This document shows positions 1 through 7,698 of a stretch of 22,605 bases of DNA, in pieces (the first letter of the stretch is position 1; each line of letters starts with the position of its first letter). The DNA comes from an uncultured bacterium. GTDB lineage: Bacteria; Hydrothermota; UBA3073; NMUJ01. Below the pieces are notes generated by a model, which was not told where the DNA came from, ran no database searches, and saw only the letters and a program-made list of their open reading frames with translations. A program made the translations under genes and the position numbers. The stretch is taken from the NCBI GenBank assembly GCA_965612795.1, contig CBFDTI010000012.1, forward strand, positions 1 through 22,605. The letters run 5' to 3'.

Positions 1-402
1 ATCCGACGTGCACAGGCTACCTCCAACATCTGTACAAACCAAACCCTAATGGCCATACGTGCAGCTGTATACCTTGTGGTCATGGGTGGGGATGGTTTAC
101 GTAAGGTGGCAGAACTCTCACTACAGAAGGCACATTACCTCTACGAAAAGCTGACAGAACTTAGAGGGGTTGACCCTGTATATTCGTATCCGTTTTTCAA
201 CGAATTTCTGTTAAAATTACCGTTATCCGCCGAATACGTGGTAGAAAGGTTACTCGAACACAACATACTTGCAGGCGTACCATTGTCGCGGTTCTTCCCC
301 GAAAGAGATAAAGAGCTGCTGGTTGCGGTCACCGAGAAACGTACCAAATCGGAGATGGACCACTACGTTGATAGATTACGCCATGTAATAGATGGCGGGT
401 AG
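1..402 (+). CDS. gcvPA: Glycine dehydrogenase (decarboxylating) subunit 1, C-terminal part (5' end outside the window)
   Basis: The frame is open from base 1: IRRAQATSNICTNQTL matches the GcvPA motif IRRxxATSNICTNQ. It also has FFNEF and LLVAVTEKRTK. Confidence 0.93.
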   Translation: MRRAQATSNICTNQTLMAIRAAVYLVVMGGDGLRKVAELSLQKAHYLYEKLTELRGVDPVYSYPFFNEFLLKLPLSAEYVVERLLEHNILAGVPLSRFFPERDKELLVAVTEKRTKSEMDHYVDRLRHVIDGG

Positions 403-1147
403 ATTGGTGTTCCTTGGCACTGCAGGTGGTAGGGTTGTCGTTTACAAGCAGCTACGTGCATCAGGTGGGATATGGTTTGAATACAACGATACCCGTATGT
501 TGATAGATCCAGGTCCATGTTCGCTTAGATGTATAACGAAAAGCAAACATAAGCTCGACCCCACCAAGCTCGACGCTATATATGTATCGCATCGACACCT
601 GGATCATTCGATAGGTGCAAACGCTGTCATAGAGGCGATGACCGAGGGTGGGTTCAAGCCTCGAGGTAGATTGTTCATCACAAGGGATGCATTAGAAGAC
701 GATCCAGTAATACTTAAGTACCTACGAAAGTATCTCAAAGACATTGTACTACTGGAAGAGGGTAAAACCTTCAAGTTGAAGGATATTGAGTTTACCACAC
801 CTGTCAAACATATACATGGGGTAGAGACGTATGGGTTTAACTTACGTACGGATAAGCTGACCATCTCCTACATCGTGGATACAAAGTACTTTCCGGAGCT
901 ACCTGATTACTACAATGGCGATATCATGATAATAAATGTGGTCCGCTACCAACCCAGCAACCTACTTCACCTGTGTATACCCGAAGTGAAGCAAATCCTG
1001 ACAAGGGCTACCCCGAAGAAAGCGATCATCACCCATTTCGGGATGACCATGTTACGTGCACGCCCGTGGGAGGTAGCCGCAAGGTTAACAGAGGAGACAG
1101 GGGTTGAGGTGGTTGCCGCTAACGATGGTATGATGGTTGAGTTGTGA
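392..1147 (+). CDS. MBL-fold metallo-hydrolase (RNase Z/PhnP-like)
   Basis: FLGTAGG, LIDPGP, the HxHxDH motif SHRHLDH, and downstream H/D/THFG motifs. Overlaps the gcvPA stop by 11 nt. Confidence 0.88.
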   Translation: MAGRLVFLGTAGGRVVVYKQLRASGGIWFEYNDTRMLIDPGPCSLRCITKSKHKLDPTKLDAIYVSHRHLDHSIGANAVIEAMTEGGFKPRGRLFITRDALEDDPVILKYLRKYLKDIVLLEEGKTFKLKDIEFTTPVKHIHGVETYGFNLRTDKLTISYIVDTKYFPELPDYYNGDIMIINVVRYQPSNLLHLCIPEVKQILTRATPKKAIITHFGMTMLRARPWEVAARLTEETGVEVVAANDGMMVEL

Positions 1148-1148
1148 G

Positions 1149-1175
1149 TTGACACAGATAAAAATTTGTTAATTT
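1149..1175 (+). promoter_or_regulatory. Putative sigma70-type promoter for the GlmU-like/DUF2851/recG operon
   Basis: TTGACA 1149-1154 and extended -10 TGn-TAATTT 1167-1175, with a 15-nt spacer. Confidence 0.4.
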
Positions 1176-1227
1176 CAATGGAGTTATTATAACACTAAGA
1201 TGACAGGTATACCTAACATAATTGTAG

Positions 1228-2490
1228 ATGAATACTAAAATGAAGGTGGTAATTTTTGAAGATGTTGGAGTTAAGTGGCTTTATCCACTTACACTTACAC
1301 ATCCGGCGTGGGAACTCTTATGGGGTATGAGTACACTCGTAGAGCGTATACGTAGGGTATTCACGGATGACCAAATAATCCTTCATACACGTAGCTATCT
1401 CGTAGATGTGATCCGCGAAAAGTACAACCTACCCGTCAATATAGTACCAGACGATACAACACTATTCGTAAATGGTAGGTTGATGGAAGTTCTCTCCCCC
1501 GAGATTATCCCAAGCTCCACCGAAGAGCAACTTCTTCTCAACGATGATGGTGACCCTATCTTCGCAATAGTGTCACACAAGAACCTTGCCTGCCTTCACG
1601 ATAAGCTACTATATGGGTATGAATTTACGGTGGATGATTTCAATTTCATCTCCATCCGTAAGCAGATCAGACTTAAGCTTGCACATTACTTATGGGATTA
1701 CGTATTGTCAAACGCAACCGCCATCACAAAAGAGTTTGAACTCATCAAAGATACGCTGCCACAAACTACAAATACTACATATGAGGGTATCCACCTGCTA
1801 AACACTGATTCCATATACATACATCCGACCGCTAAACTCGCACCCTGTGTGGTACTTGATGCAACCAATGGCCCAATACTTATCGATAGAGACACGGTGG
1901 TGATGCCACATACAGCAATCGAAGGCCCCACATATATAGGACCGGGTAGCAAGATAAAGATTGGCACCAAAATATATGAGGGTACATCGATAGGCCCAGT
2001 CTGTAAGATTGGCGGTGAAGTCGACAACTCTATAGTGTTGGGCTACTCCAACAAGCAACACGATGGGTTTTTGGGTCACGCCTATATTGGGGAATGGGTC
2101 AATTTAGGTGCAGGTACCTCCAACAGCGACCTCAAGAATAACTATGGTTCAGTGAAGGTCTACCTACATGGAGAGGAGATAGACACAGGCCATATATTTA
2201 TCGGCTTGATGATGGGTGACCACTCCAAAACCGCTATAAATACTACGTTGAACACCGGTACAGTTGTAGGTGTTTCTGCTAACCTGTTTGGTGAAGGGTT
2301 TCCACCCAAGTATGTACCATCGTTTGCATGGGGTGGTGCGAAGGGGTTCACAGAATACAAGCTTGACAAAGCGATAGCCACCGCGAGAAAGGTTATGGCA
2401 CGCAGGGATAAGGAATTGACCACCTCCTACGAACGTATGTTACGTCACATATTCGATCTCACACGTACGGAAAGAGTTAGCTTCTCATGA
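1228..2490 (+). CDS. Alternative GlmU-like sugar-phosphate nucleotidyltransferase/acetyltransferase
   Basis: N-terminal FED..LYPLTLTHP..EL..G, left-handed beta-helix hexapeptides, and NKQHDGFLGHAYIGEWVNLGAGT.NSDLKNNY. The start may be 1228 or 1240. Confidence 0.85.
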   Translation: MNTKMKVVIFEDVGVKWLYPLTLTHPAWELLWGMSTLVERIRRVFTDDQIILHTRSYLVDVIREKYNLPVNIVPDDTTLFVNGRLMEVLSPEIIPSSTEEQLLLNDDGDPIFAIVSHKNLACLHDKLLYGYEFTVDDFNFISIRKQIRLKLAHYLWDYVLSNATAITKEFELIKDTLPQTTNTTYEGIHLLNTDSIYIHPTAKLAPCVVLDATNGPILIDRDTVVMPHTAIEGPTYIGPGSKIKIGTKIYEGTSIGPVCKIGGEVDNSIVLGYSNKQHDGFLGHAYIGEWVNLGAGTSNSDLKNNYGSVKVYLHGEEIDTGHIFIGLMMGDHSKTAINTTLNTGTVVGVSANLFGEGFPPKYVPSFAWGGAKGFTEYKLDKAIATARKVMARRDKELTTSYERMLRHIFDLTRTERVSFS

Positions 2491-3641
2491 GGGAAAGCGT
2501 GCTGTGGTATATCTGGGAAAATCAACTACTAACACCTCCTTTTTCGACCAAGTCCGGTAAATCATTGGAAATATTGGACAAGGGGATAGCGAACCACGAA
2601 TCGGGGCCCGACTTCAAATCCGCCAGATTAAAAATCGATGATACAATATTAGAAGGCGATGTAGAGCTCGACCTACACGGTCGTTTGTGGAAAGAACACC
2701 GTCATTCCGAGGATCCACGCTATAATAACGTTATCCTCCATGTGGTACTTTACTCGTCATCCGATTATGTTCCAAAAACTGCCGCCGGTAGGGAAGTGGA
2801 AGTTTTTGAACTTATAAACTTTCTATCCAAACCGCTAGAGGATTTAATTGATGAACTGACCGCACTATCTGAGTCAACCCCTTGCCAGCGGTTCAATGAT
2901 CCCACTGTCCTTCAACATCTGGGTATACGTAGGGTTGAAGCTAAGATTATGCAAATAAAGATACGTTGGAATAAGGAGGATCCATTCTCTACCCTATATT
3001 ACTTTCTGATGGAAGCCCTTGGTTATGAAAAGAATCGTGATAATTTTCGCACCTTAGCGACCGCTGTAACGTTGGAAAAGCTACGTACATTTGTAAAAAA
3101 TAACGATAGCGATGGGCTTACCGCATACTTATTAGGTAAGTCAAGCCTTATACATTGGGAGCACTCCGATCATCATGATACGTACTTGCAGCTGTGGCAC
3201 TCGTATCGCGAGCCACCAGTATTGTCGATGTACGATTGGCAGTTTTATAAGGTACGACCAAGCCACTCGCCAGTACAACGGATAAAATGGATGGCGCAGT
3301 TCCTCATCGAGACGGGTGCACAATTCGATAATGTAGTGGCTGAAATGGAAGCCATCGAACAACTGATCAGTAATTCCATGGGTAAGGGCATGTACGACAT
3401 TATAGTCTTTAATGTGCTGCTACCTTTCCTATATGTGTACTATGATATGCGTGACGATGAAAACCGATATCATGTGCTGGATAGGTTGAAATCGTATCCA
3501 CCACTACCGTCCAACCGTATCACCCGCTATATGAGTGATAAACTGCGCTATCATGCTACACTTGAGTTAGAGAACCAAGGTATGATATACCTCTACAAAA
3601 ACTGGTGTGCTATAGGTGATTGTGACAACTGTGTACTATGA
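2487..3641 (+). CDS. DUF2851 family protein
   Basis: N-terminal E..L.YIW, N..SGPDF..A, GDVE, W..H.H..DPRYNNVILHVV, and a C-terminal QG..YL...WC....C..C. ATGA overlaps on both sides. Confidence 0.85.
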   Translation: MRESVLWYIWENQLLTPPFSTKSGKSLEILDKGIANHESGPDFKSARLKIDDTILEGDVELDLHGRLWKEHRHSEDPRYNNVILHVVLYSSSDYVPKTAAGREVEVFELINFLSKPLEDLIDELTALSESTPCQRFNDPTVLQHLGIRRVEAKIMQIKIRWNKEDPFSTLYYFLMEALGYEKNRDNFRTLATAVTLEKLRTFVKNNDSDGLTAYLLGKSSLIHWEHSDHHDTYLQLWHSYREPPVLSMYDWQFYKVRPSHSPVQRIKWMAQFLIETGAQFDNVVAEMEAIEQLISNSMGKGMYDIIVFNVLLPFLYVYYDMRDDENRYHVLDRLKSYPPLPSNRITRYMSDKLRYHATLELENQGMIYLYKNWCAIGDCDNCVL

Positions 3642-5740
3642 GGTACACATTTGATACTTCAGTACAATATCTAAAAGGAGTGGGCCCAAAAATTGCCGAG
3701 CTATTCGGTAAGCTTGGGGTTAAAAATATCGAAGATCTGTTGTATCTCGTACCTAGGGATTACGTACCCACACGCAACATAAAAGATATAAAGGTAGGTG
3801 AACGCGTGTATATAATAGCACGTGTGCTATCTACGAGCGTGGAGCCCTCTTCTAAAGGTGATATGTTTGTGGTAAAAGTTACCGACGGTACCGGTAACCT
3901 TGACATTAGGTTTTTCAAGTACTCACCACGTGCGAGACATAGGTTCAGGTGGAACAAATGGGTAGGTTTCGAAGGCGAAATAAAGCTGTGGATGAACAAA
4001 CCGGAGATGATGCATCCATCCGTAGATTTCAACCCCCCAGATTTCCCGTATCCCTATCTACCGATCTATCCGTTGACACTTGGGTTAACTCAGTCGATGG
4101 TCCGTCGTGCAACATTGTCTGCATTGAGGGAACTCGAAGAGGAGCTAAGCGAGGAAATACTACCTGAGGAGATTGTCGAAAAGGAAAACTTCCTACCACG
4201 TCATAAAGCCTTCTGGTACTTACATTATCCACCCGATATGGAATACGTACGTGAGGCCAGCCGCAGGTTGAGCTTCGAAGAGCTGTTCTATTTACAGCTG
4301 TTGTTATTATATCGCAAACAGACATATCGACGCAAAGGTATAGCATTCCCGAAAGGTAGTAGGTTCTCACGTCAATTCCTGGAGTTATTACAAGCTGAGA
4401 ACCCCGGATTCAAACTTACCAAAGCACAAGTAAGGGTACTATGGGAGATATTCCGTGATATGGAAAGCCCCTACGCCATGAACCGCCTCCTACAAGGAGA
4501 TGTAGGTTCAGGTAAAACCATAGTCGCCACATTCGCTATACTGAAGGCGATAGAAGCCGGTTATCAAGCTGCATTCATGGCACCCACGGAGATATTGGCT
4601 GAACAGCATTATATTTCGCTCAAACCGTGGTTCGAGAAACTCAACATACCCATTGCGTTACTTATAGGTAGTGTACGCCCCAAAGATAAGAAACGTATAC
4701 ATGAGGAGATTGCCGAAGGTAAAATCAAATGTGTAGTGGGTACACATGCACTTATCGAAGAGAAGGTTAAATTCAAGAAACTCGGTTTCGTAGTTATCGA
4801 TGAACAACATAGGTTTGGTGTCATGCAACGTGTACGCTTACGTAGCAAAGGTAGGCGACCTGACTTTTTGGTGATGACTGCCACCCCCATACCAAGGACG
4901 CTTACGCTAACAATTTATGGCGACCTGGATGTATCGATAATCGATGAGATGCCACCCGGTCGCAAACCTATCATCACCAAATGGTACAAGGCACACGAAC
5001 GTGAATCCGCCTACGAGTTTCTGCGTGCACAACTCGACCGAGGTGCACAAGCATATGTAGTGTTCCCACTGGTGGAGGAGTCCGAGAAGGTTGAATTACG
5101 TGCAGCCACAAGTATGTTTGAAGAATTACAGAAAGGTATGCTTGCAGGCTATTCATTGGGGCTTATACATGGTAGGTTACCGGGTGCAGAAAAGGAACGC
5201 ATAATGCATGAATTTCGTGATGGTAAGCTACAGGCACTGGTGGCAACCACCGTAATAGAGGTAGGTATAGATGTACCCAACGCTACGGTGATACTTATCG
5301 AACATGCAGAGAGGTTCGGGCTTGCGCAGCTACATCAGCTACGTGGTCGCGTATGCCGTAGCACCAAACAGGCGTATTGCCTGTTGATATCGTCACCTCA
5401 CATAAGCGAAGAAGCCAAAGAACGTCTGTCATGGCTGGAGAAAGAGACAGATGGATTCAAGATCGCCGAAAAGGATCTTGAGCTACGTGGGCCTGGCGAG
5501 ATACTGGGGGTGAAGCAGCATGGTAAGATGAATACAAGGTTGGTCTCATTGCTAACACGACAGTTCAAGGATGAGCGGCTCATCTTCAAAGCTATCAATG
5601 ACACATTGGATCGCATCCGTATGTATATTTCTAATATTATGAGAGAGGATCCATTACTTACTTCACCCCAGCATTATATCCTTCAGCGTACACTTGCACA
5701 ACGTTACACACCGTCAGAGTTTTTACTGGATTCTGGATAG
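3638..5740 (+). CDS. recG: ATP-dependent DNA helicase RecG
   Basis: LKGVGPK, wedge domain, QGDVGSGKT, DEQH, MTATPIPRT, ERFGLAQLHQLRGRV and DLELRGPGE. Confidence 0.97.
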   Translation: MRYTFDTSVQYLKGVGPKIAELFGKLGVKNIEDLLYLVPRDYVPTRNIKDIKVGERVYIIARVLSTSVEPSSKGDMFVVKVTDGTGNLDIRFFKYSPRARHRFRWNKWVGFEGEIKLWMNKPEMMHPSVDFNPPDFPYPYLPIYPLTLGLTQSMVRRATLSALRELEEELSEEILPEEIVEKENFLPRHKAFWYLHYPPDMEYVREASRRLSFEELFYLQLLLLYRKQTYRRKGIAFPKGSRFSRQFLELLQAENPGFKLTKAQVRVLWEIFRDMESPYAMNRLLQGDVGSGKTIVATFAILKAIEAGYQAAFMAPTEILAEQHYISLKPWFEKLNIPIALLIGSVRPKDKKRIHEEIAEGKIKCVVGTHALIEEKVKFKKLGFVVIDEQHRFGVMQRVRLRSKGRRPDFLVMTATPIPRTLTLTIYGDLDVSIIDEMPPGRKPIITKWYKAHERESAYEFLRAQLDRGAQAYVVFPLVEESEKVELRAATSMFEELQKGMLAGYSLGLIHGRLPGAEKERIMHEFRDGKLQALVATTVIEVGIDVPNATVILIEHAERFGLAQLHQLRGRVCRSTKQAYCLLISSPHISEEAKERLSWLEKETDGFKIAEKDLELRGPGEILGVKQHGKMNTRLVSLLTRQFKDERLIFKAINDTLDRIRMYISNIMREDPLLTSPQHYILQRTLAQRYTPSEFLLDSG

Positions 5741-5741
5741 C

Positions 5742-6011
5742 TCACCAACCACGTGGTTTTCTTCTCTCTGTACGTGGACGTGCCTCGTTCACCTTAAGGT
5801 TACGACCTCTGAACTCCTTACCATCGAGTTCTTTCATAGCTTTCTCGGCTGCTGCACGTGATGGCATCTCAACGAACCCAAACCCACGTGATTCACCACT
5901 ATACCGATCCTTAATGATTACTACCCGCGTAACTTCACCAAATGGCTCAAACAATGCACGAAGCTCATCCTCTGTAACCTCACGAGCAAGGTTGCCTATG
6001 TAGATATTCAT
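5742..6011 (-). CDS. Single-RRM RNA-binding protein
   Basis: RNP2 IYIGNL, RNP1 RGFGFVEM, LKVNEARP, and an SD AAGGAGGT upstream. Confidence 0.95.
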   Translation of the reverse strand: MNIYIGNLAREVTEDELRALFEPFGEVTRVVIIKDRYSGESRGFGFVEMPSRAAAEKAMKELDGKEFRGRNLKVNEARPRTERRKPRGW

Positions 6012-6060
6012 TATAACCTCCTTTCCGCTGGGGAGTCCGCAGACTCACCAGATTACTTTT

Positions 6061-6087
6061 AAAATACGTGGTATTAAGAATTGTCAA
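6061..6087 (-). promoter_or_regulatory. Putative promoter of the RRM gene (divergent pair)
   Basis: Minus-strand TTGACA (6087-6082), 15-nt spacer, TATTTT (6066-6061). Confidence 0.35.
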
Positions 6088-6103
6088 TACAATTCAATTG
6101 AAG

Positions 6104-6131
6104 TTGACATACTCACTATTCGCATTATACT
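6104..6131 (+). promoter_or_regulatory. Putative sigma70-type promoter of the ICMT-lgt operon
   Basis: TTGACA 6104-6109, 16-nt spacer, TATACT 6126-6131. Confidence 0.6.
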
Positions 6132-6146
6132 ACAAGTGCTTATGGG

Positions 6147-6731
6147 ATGGAGAGCTTAAACCTGCGAAACTATATTTTAACGTCTTTAGTTTTTCTGCTA
6201 CTTATCTGGAGATGTACTGAAGCAAGATATGGGTTCAATATCCGAAACGTGGTGGTTAAAAGGGACAAAGGCTCCTTTTGGTTAATTTACCTATCTTTTT
6301 GTCTGGTACTTGGCTGGTCGATGATAGACTTCTATGTTTTCGGTTTAACACAAATCCGTCTTCTATACCCATATGTGAACTTTTTCGGTTTCGGCGTATT
6401 CCTGCTGGGCTATTGGGTAAGATACGTCTCACGTAAGCAACTTGGAGAATATTTCAACGAAGAAATCAGCTTAGCGAACGGTCATGAGCTGGTAAAGGAT
6501 GGGATTTATGCACATCTGCGCCATCCTTCATATTCCGGTATCCTTCTATTGGGGTTGGCTATCCCCCTGATATGTTCAGATTATGGTGGTATCTTAGGGT
6601 TTGTCATCCTCCTTGTACCTGCTGTACTCTATAGGATTAGGGTTGAAGAGTCGTTCCTTATCGAAAAGTTTGGTAACGAATACAGGGAGTACTGTAAATC
6701 CACAAAGAGGTTAATCCCTAACATCTACTGA
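6147..6731 (+). CDS. Isoprenylcysteine carboxyl methyltransferase (ICMT/PEMT) family membrane protein
   Basis: Several TM helices, HELVKDGIYAHLRHPSYSG, RIRVEE..L...FG.EY..Y, and RLIP. Confidence 0.9.
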   Translation: MESLNLRNYILTSLVFLLLIWRCTEARYGFNIRNVVVKRDKGSFWLIYLSFCLVLGWSMIDFYVFGLTQIRLLYPYVNFFGFGVFLLGYWVRYVSRKQLGEYFNEEISLANGHELVKDGIYAHLRHPSYSGILLLGLAIPLICSDYGGILGFVILLVPAVLYRIRVEESFLIEKFGNEYREYCKSTKRLIPNIY

Positions 6732-6732
6732 G

Positions 6733-7557
6733 ATGCACCCTGTACTCTTGCAATTGGGTTCCTTTAAGCTTAAGTCATGGGGGACAATGGTTGTTATTGC
6801 ATTCATAGCAGCCGTCATCGTTACTGTAATAAGGGCAAGAAAATACAAGATACCGCCCACAAGAATTAAAACTGTGCTACATTATCTCATCTTCGTGATA
6901 ATAGCAGGATTTGTTGGTGCTCGCCTCTTTTGTATGTTCGAACATCTACCCCTATTCCTAAGGCATCCAGGTACGATCTTCTCCTTACAGCATGGTGGGC
7001 TCAGCTGGTACGGAGGGTTGGTATTTGCATCCATCTGCGGATTCTTGTGCCTCAAGAAGGGCGGTTTCCGCATAAAAATAGTCGGTGATATAGTTGCCCC
7101 CGGAATAGCTATCGGTATTTTCTTGGGCAGGATAGGGTGTTTCCTAAACGGGTGTTGTTTCGGCAAACCCACCGATATGCCATGGGGTGTGGTATTCCCT
7201 ACCGGTTCATATCCCACATTGGTATATGGCCCTATGGTGAAGCTACATCCCACCCAACTTTATGCTGCCTTTGCGAGCTTGCTTAGCTTCTTCATCTTAC
7301 TCGGTATGGAGAAAAAGCTCAAATTCAGGCCTGACGGGTTGTTATTTGTCTCCTTCCTTATCCTCTATGGATTATGGAGGTTCATTATAGAGTTCTTCAG
7401 GTGGCACGAACCTGACTTATACATAGTGGGATGGTTCACAGTAGGACAGGCCTTCTCTATAGGGGTCATAATTTTCTCAATCATCTTGATATACCTGGAA
7501 TTTAAACTCAAAAGGATAACCACAGAGGGTATGGAAGCTATTAGAAGCTCGAAATAA
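6733..7557 (+). CDS. lgt: Prolipoprotein diacylglyceryl transferase family protein (divergent)
   Basis: MHPVL, GARL, GGLSWYGG, GRIGCFLNGCCFG, PWG..FP, HPTQLY and RFIIEFFR. Confidence 0.85.
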   Translation: MHPVLLQLGSFKLKSWGTMVVIAFIAAVIVTVIRARKYKIPPTRIKTVLHYLIFVIIAGFVGARLFCMFEHLPLFLRHPGTIFSLQHGGLSWYGGLVFASICGFLCLKKGGFRIKIVGDIVAPGIAIGIFLGRIGCFLNGCCFGKPTDMPWGVVFPTGSYPTLVYGPMVKLHPTQLYAAFASLLSFFILLGMEKKLKFRPDGLLFVSFLILYGLWRFIIEFFRWHEPDLYIVGWFTVGQAFSIGVIIFSIILIYLEFKLKRITTEGMEAIRSSK

Positions 7558-7566
7558 CTTCTAATA
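7539..7566 (+). terminator. Inverted repeat over the lgt stop codon, possible terminator
   Basis: TATTAGAAG-N10-CTTCTAATA. It is AT-rich and has no clear U tract. Confidence 0.3.
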
Positions 7567-7632
7567 ACGTTGCGTCACATTTGTCTATTGACACATTATC
7601 TCTAAAAATTAACTTTTTAAAAACCTCGAATT

Positions 7633-7663
7633 GGGATAAGAAATAGTTTCTATTTCTTATCCC
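7633..7663. repeat. Perfect 14-bp inverted repeat upstream of the secreted-protein gene
   Basis: GGGATAAGAAATAG-TTT-CTATTTCTTATCCC. Confidence 0.85.
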
Positions 7664-7698
7664 CTAAAGGGTTGGATAGGGGCCGTAAAGGAGGTAAG

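Noticed and set aside
7672..7698. ORF-track starts at 7672, 13767 and 16811
   Set aside because: These extensions span the SD sequences. Downstream ATGs at 7699, 13782 and 16826 are better supported.
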